From NCBI GenBank assembly GCA_964234715.1, contig OZ174281.1: a DNA stretch of 64,000 nucleotides; one strand, 5' to 3'. Every line of letters starts with the position of its first letter. Positions within the stretch are counted from its first letter, which is position 1. Under the pieces are notes generated by a model that searched no databases, was not told where the DNA came from, and saw only the letters and a list, made by a program, of their open reading frames with translations. Shown piece after piece: positions 13,501 to 27,535 of this stretch. The stretch comes from Podarcis melisellensis. Lineage: Eukaryota. The translations under genes were made by a program, and so were the position numbers.

Positions 13501-14027
13501 AAGCCAAAGAAATATGTGAGTTTCCATGGCAATGACAAGAGTTTTTTTTGAGGAGTGGGGCATTAACAGAAAAAAAGGTGTTCAAGTAAGCTCCTCCACA
13601 TAATCAGCATGCAAGCTACTTTTGGCCTCGGCTTTTAAAAAAATTATTATTTTTAAAACTAATAATTAATGAACACATTTTTCTGTGTAAATCCACTGCA
13701 ACCTTCCTTAGGAGCTATACTCTCAAGCTGCAGAATGAGAACCAGAGTTTGGTTTCAGCTCTGTAGTGAGGAAAATATTATAGCAAGTGAGAGAAAAAAT
13801 ATAAACTGTTGAAGGCAAGTGTTTGTTGTTTCTATAGGATTTTCATGGAACTTTTTATTGTGGCATGATGACCCAATAAGTTTTTCAAAAGCCTGAGCAA
13901 ATGTCATGGAACTGCAGCCTTGCTGTTTATTGGCTCTGAATATGTTACAAGTAAGCGGAGAAAGGATTCAAAAAGAAAATCACAGCGGCACCTAGCCACA
14001 AAACTGTATGACATTATCTGCACTGAC

Positions 14028-14175
14028 CAGTGCTTTTTTTTCTTTAAAAAATGTTTAGGGGTACTCTCATTTTCCTACTCATATTGAAATACTGCCCCTC
14101 AATGAGGCCAAACTTAGATTCACAAAAAGTTTACAGGTATGCGTACCTCTGTGTCCCCCCAGCAAAAATACACTG
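14028..14175. mobile_element. 148-bp hAT-type MITE
   Basis: CAGTGCTTTTTT...AAAAATACACTG termini; perfect 8-bp TSD GCACTGAC at 14020-14027 and 14176-14183. Confidence 0.88.
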
Positions 14176-16163
14176 GCACTGACACTTGAGAGGGAAACTA
14201 CCACACACTAGAATGGGGGTGGGGATTTGACCAATATACAAAATCTAACTTTAAGCTACTGGTGTGGAGATTTTCAAACTGCATATAACTGAGGCACTTT
14301 TGGGGTGGCAGGAATGTTATATAGAAAGACAGGTTGCTTCCCTGCATTCCCCCTCTGTTGGTGGACCCTTTCATCAGGGCCAGTCTGTCACCTGAAGCTG
14401 CTATGTTGGACGATCCATTTTTCTTTGTAGCATGGCAAATCCCGGTACAAAAGAAAACCCAAGCCCAGTCAGAGTTTGGAGCTACCACCAATTAGCTGAT
14501 AGCTGTTGACTTCAAGCTCTGCTTTCTGCAGGGAGCAGCTGCACTACTGAATTCCCCCATTGGGAACTCCACAGCGCAGTTTCAGGGAGTTTGGAGTCAG
14601 TGCCTATCAGGCAACCTCAGGCTCTGCTTTCTGCTGGGATCAGTTGCAAAGCCAATCCTGACTGACTTGCTCTCAACTGCCAGTCAGCTGATTGGTGGAG
14701 ACAGCAACCTCCCTTGCCAATGCCCAATAATAAGCACATTTCAGGGCTCCTGGTTGTGGATTGGCAGCCCCGTCCCCTCACCTGACATTATAGATAATAT
14801 CAGGTATGGGGCAGGCGATTGTGGCTTGAGAAAAATGGCCTTGTGGTCAATGGCCTGGAAGTTCTCCATGCCTCTGAGCTGTGACATAGCGTTTAGCCTG
14901 GCACCACTCTGACAACTTGAATAAATTTAGTTTTCACATGAAATGCTGTCTGATACCTTTATGACTGCTGGTTTTATGAGTTCAAGTCAGTAGAACAAGC
15001 AACAGTTGCCACCAAGGTAGCATTTTTTATAAGTCTAGCAGTCTTAACACCAAAGGACAGAGAAGCACCCTATAGAGCTGTTCTCTCCCTGGTAGAATCA
15101 GCTAGGTGTGTTGTCATATTCTCATTTCCTTTTTGCAACCAAAGGCAATTTCTGCTGGAGTGAAAAATACCTAGATTTTTCTTTCTTTCTGCCTGCAGCT
15201 ATATTTCACCTACTCATGTCAAAGTAATGCACATGAAAGCAAGCTCTTGAAAACAATGGCTTGGAAAAGAAGAGAGATTTTTAAGGCAACACTGTGCTAA
15301 TCGTAGCTCTCAAGTAGGAATTTAGGACTCACCGCATCTTTAAGTGCATATAAAAATTCTCCAAGTCAGTTCACAAAGTGAAATTCTCCGTGGAGGAATT
15401 TGGCACTCTTGCTGTCGAAAACTTTGCTCACGGTTGCACAGTCACGGAACAGAATGTTGAAGCTGTATATTTTGGACCCTTTGAAAGAAAACGGCTTTGA
15501 ACCAATTGTGTTAATAGAAATTTTGGAAGGTAAAGGGAGAGTGGGACTTGAAATGAATTTTGTAGTAATACCTACATCTATTTCTAGACTGTTAGCATTC
15601 CCTACCATGCAATTCTTTGGAAGGCAAGCTTTCCAGAAGTGCTTGCATTGCCTTGATTTTTTGTTTGTTTATGTGCTGTTCCTTGAGTAGACATAGAGTA
15701 CAGTTCCAAAGTACAATACAGCAGTTCCAAAGTCTTCTGGTTGTTTCCTTTCCGTATGAGTTCTACTGAATCCCTCCAAACCTCCTTGGCTCAAACTCCC
15801 ACTTTTCACAAGCTTCAGAGGTGCAAGGGCTTGTGGGATTGTGCTTGCAAAGGCTCGTGGGATTGCTGGGTGCCATTTTCACCATTTTCGCTTCTTTTAG
15901 GGCTCTAACTGGAGACACAGGGGACTGAACTTGGAACCTTCTGCATGCTCTTCCATTGATCTATGGCACTCCCCCCCCCCCAACGCATAATTCCCATACA
16001 AATGTGTAATATATTATTAGATTTGAGTGCTTCACAATCATTTGAGTGGGATTGTATTTCAAATATTTCCTGGAAGATAAACAGCAGAAAACCTATACTG
16101 TGCAATGTCAAAATAAACTATGCTAAAGTAAGAGAGTGACCCAAACTAAGTGGGAATCTTAAT

Positions 16164-16167
<4 letters not shown>

Positions 16168-16211
<44 letters not shown>
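16168..16211. repeat. (GA)n microsatellite
   Basis: Read directly. Confidence 0.97.
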
Positions 16212-16217
<6 letters not shown>

Positions 16218-16836
16218 GTCAGCTGTGACACAATGCATGACAGATAAGATCCCCTACCACCCTTAACAAGATGACAAATTAATTCATTATTTCTGCCTCA
16301 TACAAAGATTTGAGCTTGGGACCGGGATAGCAAATGCTTCTTCTCAAGATTCTACCAACCATTTCTGAAAACGAGGCTGACCCACCCATTGGGCAAATGG
16401 GGCATTTGTCCTGTTAAGAAAAGAATGTGTCCCAGGGCATGATCTCAGGGCACATTAGGCAGGCACCTTGCTGAAGCAAGGACTGTCTCAGTCTTGTTAA
16501 ATGCTGTCCTAGGCCAAGACAGGAAATGACTTGGGAACCCATGCATAAAGCAGTGTCACCTTATTTGCTTCAGGAAATATAAAATACTGAGTTAGCATGT
16601 AAAACCAGGATATTTTGGTTTCTAATCTTCTGGCAATAGGTAATGAAGAACGGTAAGCATCAGATTGAGTATGCATAAGGAATGCTTCTTGGTCTGGGCA
16701 CTTGCATTGCTAGGGTGGGGATGCTGGGCCACAAACCAGGAGCTCATGTGGCTCTGGACCTGTCCTGTTTAAAAGTGCTAAGTAAAGCAACATCTTTCTG
16801 CATGCACTCAAATATTTCCTTTCTCTCTCTATTTCT

Positions 16837-16862
16837 ACACACACACACACACACACACACAC
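16837..16862. repeat. (AC)n microsatellite
   Basis: Read directly. Confidence 0.95.
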
Positions 16863-19396
16863 TAGCCCAAAGGAAAAGTGAAAATTAGTGTATGCAGAAG
16901 GCAACCTTCTCTGTTAAATGATTATTTTTAAAGTTATAAATACATAACCTGGCTTATAATATTAGTGCATGGCTTCACAGCAATAAAATATGATTATGTT
17001 TTTTTTCTGGGTGGGGGGCGGGGAGAGAGATGTATATACGTTTCCTATCTGGCTGAGGGTGGGAGGACAGGGTTTCAGCTCAGCACAATGATTTAAGAAC
17101 GCTGCTGAGATGTTTAAATGTCAGTATTTATAATGTAAAAGCCACCAGCCCTCCTAGCACCACTGTATTATAAATTAATGAAATGGTGCACGCCTCGAGT
17201 TCATTTTTAAAGGGGGGGTAGTGAGAATATCCCTTCCTGTTATTTGTCCTATTGATATTTTGCTGTCTAGAACCCTGGATTTCATGCTGATACAAGCAGT
17301 TCATTCCAGAAGCAAGATTTCATCAAGAAACCCTTTAATGAATAGCCCTAAAGCAGCAGAGCATCCCATTTGTGTTTACTTGTTAGCCAAGCTGGCATTG
17401 CTAAATGCACCCTGCACCGAGCTATGCTGCTATATTTCAGTCACTTCCACTCTGTGGGAAAATGGATGAACTTGTGAAAGATAAGGGAGGGAGGGAGAGA
17501 AGCTCCAGGAAGCTGATGGTTAAGACAGTGAACGGTGAAGCAATTTGCTTTAAAAAACTATGAACAGGATCTTCTCTTAATATTTCTGGGCACAACTTCA
17601 AGAGACAGAAAATAAGCACTTCCACATGTAAGAGAAAATTCCTTCGAAATATAGATGTTGTTTCCCAATAAGAAAGGAACACAAGAAAGAGCTGTTGTGT
17701 TTTTGAGGCCAATGTTCACTCTTCATTCTCTTTGTGCTGAAGATTTTGTCTATGCCTACGAATAGCCCTTTGCTGCTTTCTCATTTGAGAGAGATCATCT
17801 AGCCGAGAGCCCTAAATGACTTAGCCTCTGCTCCTCTGCCTGGTCTACTTCCATCTAGCCTGGGAGGGCAGGGGATGGCCCTAAACTGACAGGAAAACAA
17901 TTTCATGTAGAGTCAGAGAGGAGCATCTTCCCAAGCCCTCACCAGGGTGGGATGCTGGGTGTGCCTGCAGACCCTCCAAGCATCCCTATTTTCCAGGGAC
18001 AGTGCTGGATTTACATTTTGTCACTTGCAGAGAACATTTCTGTACACTGCCATGACATTTACTTATGAGTTGGCAGTTTAAGAATAATCTAAGTATAAAA
18101 TGAATAAAAAAGAGGCCAGCGCTGGTGATTGTCCAGGCATTCATTGACATTTTCCTCCCTTTCCCTTTCAGTCACAGTGTCTTCCTGCTGTTATTACCTG
18201 CTGCTGCCGCGATCTGATACATTTCATATGTCCACTCGGGAATTTGATCTGACTGGAGCGAACGTGAGCGCAGAGCAGTCGTCTTCAGCCGTTACCTGGA
18301 GTTTTGTCTCTTTTTTTGGCTTGTGCTTGGTGGGTCTGTTGTGGTCTCCACGCTGTCCTTTACAACGGCCTCCTTCACACTCATTGTATTGAACATAATG
18401 GAACAAAGGAAGGCTGAGAGTTCAGACTGGGAAGCATGCTGTCAAGAGGCTCTAGGATTTATTTAGCAGTCTCCTTTGAGTGGTTATATTGCATCTGCCA
18501 AGTGGTGGCCCGAAGGCTAAACTGAAATGAACTGTGACTAAGAGCTGGTGACATTGCCCATTCCCTTCTGTGTGCAAATTCATAGATTCTACATGCAATT
18601 TGTAGCCAGGTAACCCCCCTCCCGGAAAGTCTTTCCAGATTCCAGAGCTGAGCTCAGAACTTGTATAGTAGGATAGAAATACATTTTGTTTTAAGGGCAC
18701 TTGAGATGTGGTCCTGGGATATACCTGTGCTCAGGCACCATATTTTTGTTTGATGCCCTACAAGTTCGCCTCAAGGGAAACAGTAACACACCTTTAGTAG
18801 GTAGCTGTGTTTTTGTGCTCATGTGTATCCTTACAGTGCAGAACTTGCTGTTTTCTCATTTCATTTTTCAAATTTACCTGAAAAGTTTTCTAACTGCTTT
18901 AAAGGATCCACAGTTCATTCTTCATTTAAAAATAATGTTTAAAGTTTGGCTAGCTTCATGAAATGGCCGTATTACCAAGCAACTAGTGAGTGGTTAGGGA
19001 CTTAATATTACAATGTTCCCCAATGGGTGAAGATCTCTCTCCCCTGCCTTTGGATAGTGATGCTCCAACAGTTAATGAGGTACAGGGCAATTGCGATTAT
19101 CTGTTTGTATTTGGACACAGAAGCAGAGGGTGGAAAGGGTGTTGTTGTCGTTTTAAAAAACACAAACAAACAAACAAACAAACAAACAGGAAATGGCTGA
19201 AATAGAAACATCCTTGGGGTACAGTTCCAATTTCCTCTTGGCCACACTAGAAGAGAGGGAAGAGAGTACAAGCCCAAAGCTCATTAGCATTACAACCAAA
19301 TACAGAATATAATCCACCCTGCTTTATGCTATGTGCCCAGGTCTGTTTCAGAATTTTAAAAGAATAAACAGAATCAGTAGCATATTCAAGTGAGAT

Positions 19397-19416
19397 TGTG
19401 TGTGTGTGTGCATGCA

Positions 19417-19463
<47 letters not shown>
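19397..19463. repeat. Compound (TG)n(CATG)n(TA)n microsatellite
   Basis: Read directly. Confidence 0.95.
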
Positions 19464-19466
<3 letters not shown>

Positions 19467-22284
19467 GGGACTTTTTGTTTTACCTTATTTTTGTGCGAAA
19501 GACAAGGCATTCCTGACTCACATCTTTCCTTAAAGAGGTGCGCTCTCATTAAGCAATGCTGCATTTTGCCAGGACCCCAACTGTAGAATACTATTTTCAT
19601 AGCTCTGTCACATTAGTTGTGCCCGTTCTGAATGTGAGGGTCAAAGGGTATTGCATGTCTTCCACTAGCACATATTGGATAGTGCCCATTGCATCATTAT
19701 GAACAATTATATATCTTTAGGTGCCAGGCAAAAATGTTTCTCTTCAACCATGCATTTGGCTGACTAATATTCATGCCTTCATTTTTGGAGGGGAAAAAGT
19801 GCGTCCTATAGGGTGAAAAATATGGTAATAACATCTATCTGTTAATTGTATATGCCAATTATCTGGACTGAATCTTCCTTATGTTCAAATATTCCTTACT
19901 GGATAACCATTGATTTCTTCATCCCTGCTGATAAACTAGTTAACTGAAACATTCAGACAGTTTACTATATATAGACTAAGGTTGCATGAAGACAGGAAAA
20001 CAAATTGCGCAAAACAGATTTTGAAATGCTTAGGTTTTTGAAACTGTTTAGGTTGGTACATGGAAAAAAAACTTTGAAAAACCTTTAACTACTTTATGAC
20101 AATCATGTTTTGTTTGTTGCCTCATAGTCCATATGCTCAACCAAAGACCCACAGTTTCAAAGCATAATTTTAGTGAATGGATAAGAAATAGTGAGGCATA
20201 TCTGAGTTTTAAAAGTATCTAAACTTGATACTGTATACCATAGTTATTTTTCCTAATAGTTGAGAATGAAAACAACAACATTGCCATTCCATTTTTCTGT
20301 GGTTTGTCTATTCTTGCTGATAATCATTAATGTAAACCATTCTGACACCCTAAGATTTACATTAAAAAAGAAAAGTTTTCTTTTCAATGGTGAATTAGCA
20401 TATTTCCTTCAAACTTTTACCCTTGTGGAAGTTACATCTCTGGAATGGAAAATTTTCTAGAAGTTGGTTGCCATCTCCTGGAAGGCAAAGAAATTGCATG
20501 TTCTTGAGATAATAAATTGGCTCTCAAGTTCTTTTCCTGTATGGAGTTTTCAAAAAGTCTAGGCAGTTAGATATCTGTTTATGGTCACGGACAGTTTTGA
20601 AAGATTAAGTTGCATTAAATATTTTTAATAGGTTCTACTGTAACAAAACTGTCACGGTTTTCTGTTTTTTCAACATTTGAGAAGAAAATAAGTATGTTAT
20701 GGTAATTTTCTTTGTTAAGAGCTCACATAAAGAGTTTCAGGGGAAAGCATCCTGATAAGAATCTGGCATGTGAAGGCAAAAGCGTTTCTCATCCTTGGTA
20801 TAGTTTGACTCAGAAGTAACTTCCATTGAGTTTAATGGGGCTTATTCATAGGGACAGACAAATTTGTCAATTTGACTTTCTCTCAGATTTAGCATTGCCA
20901 TATTCCCCAAGGTGAAAATCAGGACAAAGTTGTTTAACTATTTAGAGGAACATCTCCCCACCCCCAGAGTAGTTTGGGGGCTTCTTTTGGATTTTTAAAG
21001 CATTAAAAAAACCACATCGCCCTACTTGCCATATGTCCAGGTTTCCCGAACATTGCACCAATTTAGCAAAAATCCAACCCAGATGCCATTTTTGCAGCCT
21101 GATATGTCCAGGAAAACACAGCTGTATGGCAGCCTTACTCAGTTTCTCATTTTCCCATTCTCAAGATTACTTCACTACACACACATGCAGTTGGAGGACT
21201 GCATTGCAAAATTTGGAGAAGTGGAAATTTTGAAGGATAACAAAAAACCATTAGAAAGTGTAGTACCCACTTGCCTTCAGATTTAGTAGAGATGGTGGGG
21301 CAGAATTCTGTCTGATTCACATTTTAATGTGAACCTACCTAATTTTCAACTGTATATATTACAGCATCACATTGTGGCACTCTAGTGGTGCAGTTATTTT
21401 GTGCTACAGGCCTTATACAAATAAGAAGGCGGCCATCTATAAGAAACTGGAATACACTGTGGACTTTCTGCCCACCCTGAGCTACAATGATGATGCTTTT
21501 CTTCAGGAACATATAGCCATGCCTGGCACATAAATCAAACTCACACTGTTCTATCAACAAGGCAATATTCTTCATGGCATTCTGGGTGTTGTCTGCTCAG
21601 AGTGGGAGCAGTTGGTGCTCACAGAATGCTAAACCAATAAATTGTCAATGTTTGGAGAATGGCAGAGAACAGCAGCAAACTGAAAGTACTTTACAATCAG
21701 CTTTTGGATTAAAATATTCCCGCAAGTCCTCTAAATGTGTAACTGCATTGTAAGCAGACAGGACTTGCAGAATTTATGTGGTTCAGTTGAAATCCTATAA
21801 TAAGTTGTTTGTACAAAGAAAACTTATGGGGCTGACATGGGGCTGTCTATGGGGCAACTATTCAATTATGCAACTGTTCAATTTCAGACTCGCCCATACT
21901 GCATTTTTCTTACATATTAATACACTCATTTTAATTAGCTCTTATTCCCCCTGTGACCAGAGCTGGTTTGGAAGCTTCCTTCAGCATGGTAGCTACTGGG
22001 AAATTCTTGTGTTTGCGCAGAAAGACTTTGACACAAGGGCTTTGCATGTGCTCCTGAGCATATTTACCCGGAGATGGATCCAAAAATATTCAGCAGGATT
22101 TTCTTTTAAGCAAGAAAACTCAAAATAAAACAGCCCAGCCCTCTGGATCAGCCATAGCTGCATCAATGCCATCAATAGCATGCTTCCTCAACCTCAGCCC
22201 ACCAGCTGTTATTGGCCTGTTTTTTGTTTAAGTAAGATAAATGATAATGGGTGCTAAGTTGCTGACACATCCTTTTGTCAACAC

Positions 22285-22420
22285 CAGGCGTAGGCAAACT
22301 CAGCCCTCTAGATGTTTTGGGACTACAACTCCCATAATCCCTGGCTAACAGGACCAGTGGTCAGGGATGATGGGAACTGTAGTCTGAAAACATCTGGAGG
22401 GCCAAGGTTGAGGAAGCCTG
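22285..22420. mobile_element. Palindromic hAT-Charlie-like MITE (GGACTACAACTCCCAT...ATGGGAACTGTAGTC)
   Basis: Whole element folds as a hairpin; CAGGC...GCCTG ends; degenerate 8-bp TSD GTCAACAC/ATCAACAG. Confidence 0.8.
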
Positions 22421-24495
22421 ATCAACAGTGTGTCACTGCAGCAAAAGCAAAACCCAGTCCTCAAAATCAACGAAAGAGCCATCTTGCGGGATTCTTCAGC
22501 TCTTAGATCCAGGATGAGTCCACAAAACATTGGTACAAGGGGTTCAGAATGCATCTGTCTGTAATCTCATTGACACAACAGCCCTAGCGTATTAAGATAT
22601 AGGCAGGAGATGGGTGATTCCTACAGCAGCTGTTGGGATGGGATGAGGAGAACTTTAGTACCAGACCTTATGGGCAGTTGACAGTCAGGGAAGTACCAAC
22701 TCAGAAGACCTTTGGGGCTAAGGACTGGTGGTAGACACCAATAAAATTCCCTCCAAGCCCACAAAGGCTCACTTGTCCAGCTCTGTATAATACTTGCAAT
22801 TGCCAAGCAGACAACCAGGTAGGGACCAGGGGAAAGAGAAGAAGACTCAAAGGCTGTGTTCATAACATCCATTTCATTTCATTTCATTTCACCTCACCTT
22901 TTTGGTCTCACTTTGTTTAGAAAAAGTTGAAACTATGTACCTACGGACTGCACTACAAAAAACATTACACAAGCTAGGTGGAACAGTTCACAAAATAAAT
23001 TAAAAGGGAGAGGGAAAGAGGATATTGTCAAAAATAAGGGAAGAACCAAGTGATGGAAAAACATGGGATATTGGCTAAAAAAGAAAGATGGCACACGGTG
23101 GCACTTACACAACTTGCTTCTTTTAAGAAAACAATGGAGGTTATTACAACACTTCATGGCAGGTGATATTCTGAGGAAATATAAAGAAAGGCTTGACCTA
23201 AAGGCAAATTATGCACAGAATGTTCTTCACTGGGAGAAAAGAGCCTCTGAAATTATCCTTAATCAATAGTGGTGTTTGGTATGCTCAGTAGTAAACATAC
23301 TTGAAAGGGGATGACCTGATTAAAAGCAATATTTAAAATGGAAAATAAAATAAAACCGGCAATGGAAAACAAAATCGGCAATGTTGTGAATAATTGAATT
23401 GATTTCATAAATCAATCCATTTTTAGGCTAACCCATTGTGAAAATCTAAAGCAACAACATTAAGAGCACCAACAACCAAACCTCATACTCTTTGTAAAGT
23501 AGGATATAACCAGCAGTCTGCTATTGCTGTTTGAAGGTAAATATTCTGGTATTATTCAAAGAATATGTTTGTCCTTTGTAATTTCTTAAAGTAATACAGT
23601 TGACTTCAGTAGACTTTTTGGAGATCAAGATTTAGAGACTGGCTCAAGTTTGAGTTTTTGATGAATTGGAAAAACACCAGGAACAAATTGTTTACTTGGA
23701 GTATTTTCAGAGTCACCTGGGTACTTCAGAACTTGCTGTCATCAATCTGCACCATGTTCTCTAAGGTGTAGGATTTTCTGATAGCGAACATGTATTTTTT
23801 GCTAATAAAAGCCAAAATCCACAAGGGATGCTATAGCTTACATTTCGAACCACATCTGCAGGGAAAGGGTTTGTAAGTAAAACTAATAAGTGAAGGTTAC
23901 TGGATTCAGGACCAAAACAATTTACCTCCAGGATACACATACATACTCCCCCTTTTGGGACATGACACATTCCCTAAGTATTATAAACTATTAGATACTT
24001 ATTTTTGAATGGTAGCAAGGCTCCAGGTTCTCCTGTTGTTGATCTATGGATCAGGTCAGAGTTCAGAAACATTTAAGATGGTGTTACTAAATTATGGCTG
24101 TAAAAATCCACGCACAAGGGATTTCCTGTAGCCCCGTTTCAGAGCTAGCTCTTTTTCTTCATACTTCCTTTCATTTTCAAGATAACGACAGGAGAAAGGG
24201 GAATGCAGAGGACAGATCACCTAGGAGTATATATGTATATTCCAGTGATATCTGCTACTGTTTCCACTTGGCAGATAGACAGCTTGTGCAAACTACAGCT
24301 GGAATCCACTGTACATACTGGAGCTATCTATCTGCCAGCCTCCTCAGATGTAAATATTAAGGCAGGCTTCATTACCTATTACCACATTTTCAATCTGCTT
24401 CTAGCTGCTGGCACCAGGCTTCAGCCATTATGATGCAAAGCAGCTACCTTATAAAGCAGAATTCTGTTCTTTCTATTAGGAAGATGTATCATAGC

Positions 24496-24826
24496 TTGAG
24501 AGTCCCATGGACTGCAAGAAGATCAAACCTGCAAGAAGGAAACCAGCCCTGAGTGCTCACTGGAAGGACAGATCATGAAGCTGAGGCTCCAATACTTTGG
24601 CCACCTCATGAAAAGAGAAGACTCCCTGGAAAAGACCCTGATGTTGGGAAAGATGGAGGGCACAAGGAGAAGGGGACGGCAGAGGATGAGATGGTTGGAC
24701 AGTGTTCTCAAAGCTACCAGCATGAGTTTGACCACATTGTGGGAGGCAGTGGAAGACAGAAGTGCCTGGCGTGCTCTGGTCCATGGGGTCACGAAGAGTT
24801 GGACATGACTAAACGACTAAACAACA
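24496..24826 (+). mobile_element. BovB (RTE) LINE, 5'-truncated 3' end
   Basis: Translates KLRLQYFGHLMKREDSLEKTLMLGKMEGTRRRGRQRMRWLDSV...WRALVHGVTKS (BovB ORF C-terminus). (CAA)n tail; TSD ATCATAGC at 24488-24495 and 24827-24834. Confidence 0.95.
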
Positions 24827-24834
24827 ATCATAGC

Positions 24835-25090
24835 ATCATAGAATTGTACAGTTGGAAAGGACCCCAAGCCCCTGCAATGCAGGAATCTCAGCTTAAGCAT
24901 CCATGGCAGATGGCTATTCAACTTCTGCTTAAAACCCCGCAAGGAAGGGGAGTCCACAACCTCCTGAGGCAGACTGTTCCACTGTTGAATAGCTCTTACT
25001 GGGAGAAAGTTTTTCCTGATGTTTAGTCAGAATCTCTTTTCTTGCGACTTGAAGTCATTGGTTTGAGTCCTATGCTCCAGAGCAGGAGGC
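24835..25090 (-). mobile_element. CR1 LINE 3' fragment
   Basis: ATCATAGAATTGTACAGTTGGAAAGGACC is the reverse complement of the CR1 3' terminus with its ATTCTATG-type tail; it is followed by CR1 ORF2-end-like sequence. Confidence 0.8.
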
Positions 25091-25165
25091 TGCACCCAGC
25101 TAACTGACAGTGCAGGATGAAGGATAAGGATCTCTGTATCATGAGGAAAGCCATAATATTCAGTA

Positions 25166-25380
25166 CAGTGGTACCTTAGGTTAAGAACTTAATTCATTCT
25201 GGAGGTCTGTTCTTAACCTGAAACTGTTCTTAACCTGAGGTACCACTTTAGCTAATGGGGCCTCCCGTTGCTGCCGCGCGATTTCTGTTCTTATCCTGAA
25301 GCAAAGTTCTTAACCCAAGGTACTGTTTCTGGGTTAGCGGAGTGTGTAACCTGAAGCGTCTGTAACCTGAGGTACCACTG
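25166..25380. mobile_element. Same MITE family, copy 3
   Basis: CAGTGGTACC...GGTACCACTG termini, TA duplication; body collinear with copy 1. Confidence 0.9.
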
Positions 25381-25859
25381 TACTGTATCAGAATCCCACT
25401 ACGTTTCACAACACTTTAATCAGAACCTACTGAACTTAGGATACAGGTTATAGGAGTTGAGGTCAAACAACATATGGACGGCACCACACTGGCAGCCCAA
25501 GCGATTGTTGCATTTGTCCATCTGATTTTGGGGGGATCCACCCCCAAGCTGGTTTCTTTCCCCCTCCTTTACTGGGTCAGCAGAAGAAGAACCTGGAAGA
25601 TTACATCAGTTACACTGACGATTATATGTTTGTTAATTATTCTGAGGAAATTGCTTCCATTACCATAGCAGTCTGTAATTACATTTGTGTGAGCTTTGAA
25701 ATGAGCTATTCCTCTTTAGCCCTCTGACTGATAACAGGTTGTTGATGACATACCAAGGCCGATGCTGGCTTCATGCATGTATGCTTTGGTCTCTAGCTGT
25801 TGGATGAGGTTCCTAAGAATGGGGTGTTTTGGTGGTCCCCCACACCTTCCAGGTTTACT

Positions 25860-26130
25860 CAGTCTTTAACCAGGAAAGGGCCTTTAGTGTAGTGAGCCCT
25901 GTCTTGTGGAACTCCCTGCCAGTGGACGTGCAGCAGGAGTCAGCCCTGCTTTCTTTAAGGCATCTTTGACAAACTGTACAGGCCTTTGGAACATGGTAAA
26001 ATAACAAAAACAAATCAACAATTGTTGTAGTATTCAGTTTTCCATGTTGTGATGTAAATAAACTTGATCTACTGTTCTGAAAGTGCAGCCTATGAATATT
26101 TTGAATAAATAAATACATGAATAAATAAAT
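25860..26130 (+). mobile_element. L2-like LINE 3' end
   Basis: AGGGCCTTTAGTGTAGTGAGCCCT...TGGAACTCCCTGCC (RAFS..P..WNSLP) followed by an (AATA)n tail. Confidence 0.7.
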
Positions 26131-26370
26131 ATGGAAACTGCTGGTTTGAATTAGTCTGTTTCAAAAGTGCTTTGAGTATCTCTATCACAAGGAATTAACT
26201 TTGGGTCCTGTTAAAAACAGCCTGGCTGTAAAGTGACAGACACCAATATATTCATTCCTGATAACCAAGGCAATCGGAGTTCTGTTTCCTGAAAGATTCC
26301 ACCCAATTTACATTTACTAGAAATGGAGGCTTGTCCCAGAGCTGGACCAGGATCCATAACAGTGATCTTC

Positions 26371-26565
26371 TAAGAACACAAGACAAGCCCTGCTGGATTG
26401 AACCAAACACCCATCTAGTCTAGCATTCTGTCTATGGGCAGCCCACAAACAGATCATGAGCGTAATAGCACTCTTCCACTGGTATTTTCCAGGAACTAGT
26501 GTTGCCATAGTGATTAATAGCCACAGGTAGCCTTTTCTTCCACCCATGTGTCTAATCTCCTTTTA
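26371..26565 (-). mobile_element. CR1-like 3' fragment
   Basis: TAAGAACACAAGACAAGCCCTGCTGGATTGAACC...CCATCTAGTCTAGCATTCTG pattern. Confidence 0.55.
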
Positions 26566-26667
26566 AATCTCCTTTATTTTTTATATTTATTTATTAGATT
26601 TATATAATACTGCCCTTCATCAAAAGATCTTGGGGCTGTTCACAAGATAAAGTGAGCCAAGTTTGCA

Positions 26668-27062
26668 TGCTATATTCTGAACTTTAAAATGGAAAGTGTC
26701 ATGCTGGTGGTCAACAAAAGAGGTTCAAAGACTCTCTCAAGGCAAATCTAAAAAAAAGTTGTATAAACACAGACAACTGGGAAACACTGGCCTGCGAGCG
26801 CTCCAATTGGAGAACAGCCTTTACCAAAGGTGTCATGGGCTCTGAAGATGCTCGAACTCAGGACAAAAGGGAGAAATGCACGTTTGGCAAATCCTCACCA
26901 TGACCAACTCTTGCCCAGAAACCTATGTCCCCACTGTGGAAGGACATGTGGATCCAGAATTGGCCTCCATAGTCACTTACGGAATAACTGTTAAAACCAT
27001 GTTTAAGGAAGACAATCTTACTTGGTCATGAGTGATCGCCAAAGAAGAAGATGAAGAAGAAG
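26668..27062 (+). mobile_element. RTE-clade LINE (non-BovB) 3' fragment
   Basis: Frameshifted translation GGQQKRFKDSLKANLKK...NWETLACERSNWR...CPHCGRTCGSRIGLHSHLR, ending in a (GAA)n tail. Confidence 0.85.
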
Positions 27063-27194
27063 ACACCAGCAAAATCCACATTCTGATGTCGCATTTTGGA
27101 TGAGCTACATGAACAAAATTGCAGGAGAAAACTATTTCTATTTTTGAACACACTGGCTGAATGCTGTTCCATGAACAAATACATGTGTTTTAGT

Positions 27195-27535
27195 AATGTG
27201 CTAACTGGGTTTCTGCAGTCGGGAACAGGCTGGATGAGAGCTAATAAACTGAATCTCAATCCAAACAAAATGGTGTCCAAGAAAATAGTTCTCATTCCTT
27301 CCTAGATGTAGATGTACTAGATGCAGATGAGGCTTTCAGAGTAGGCCTGCTATTAGATCTGTTATTGTCTTTGGACAACCAGCCGGCATCCATGGCCTGA
27401 AATAGTCTTTCACCAATTTGGTCAGTGTCCTACCTATTGCCTCTCCTCAATAAAGAAATATAGATAGCCTTCCCACAGTTATCCATGGTCTGATAACTTT
27501 GAGGTTAGGTTACTATAATGTACTGTGGCTATGGC
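27195..27535 (+). mobile_element. L2 ORF2 fragment
   Basis: Translates GWMRANKLNLNPNK, the conserved RT C-terminal motif WM..NKL.LN..K. Confidence 0.7.

Noticed and set aside
15366-15690. Protein-like ORFs on both strands at 15.4-15.7 kb
   Set aside because: No frame stays open between plausible splice sites and no family is recognisable; kept only as a possible non-coding exon.
24523-25026. 157-aa and overlapping ORFs as a gene
   Set aside because: Alternative frames of a BovB 3' fragment running into a CR1 tail.
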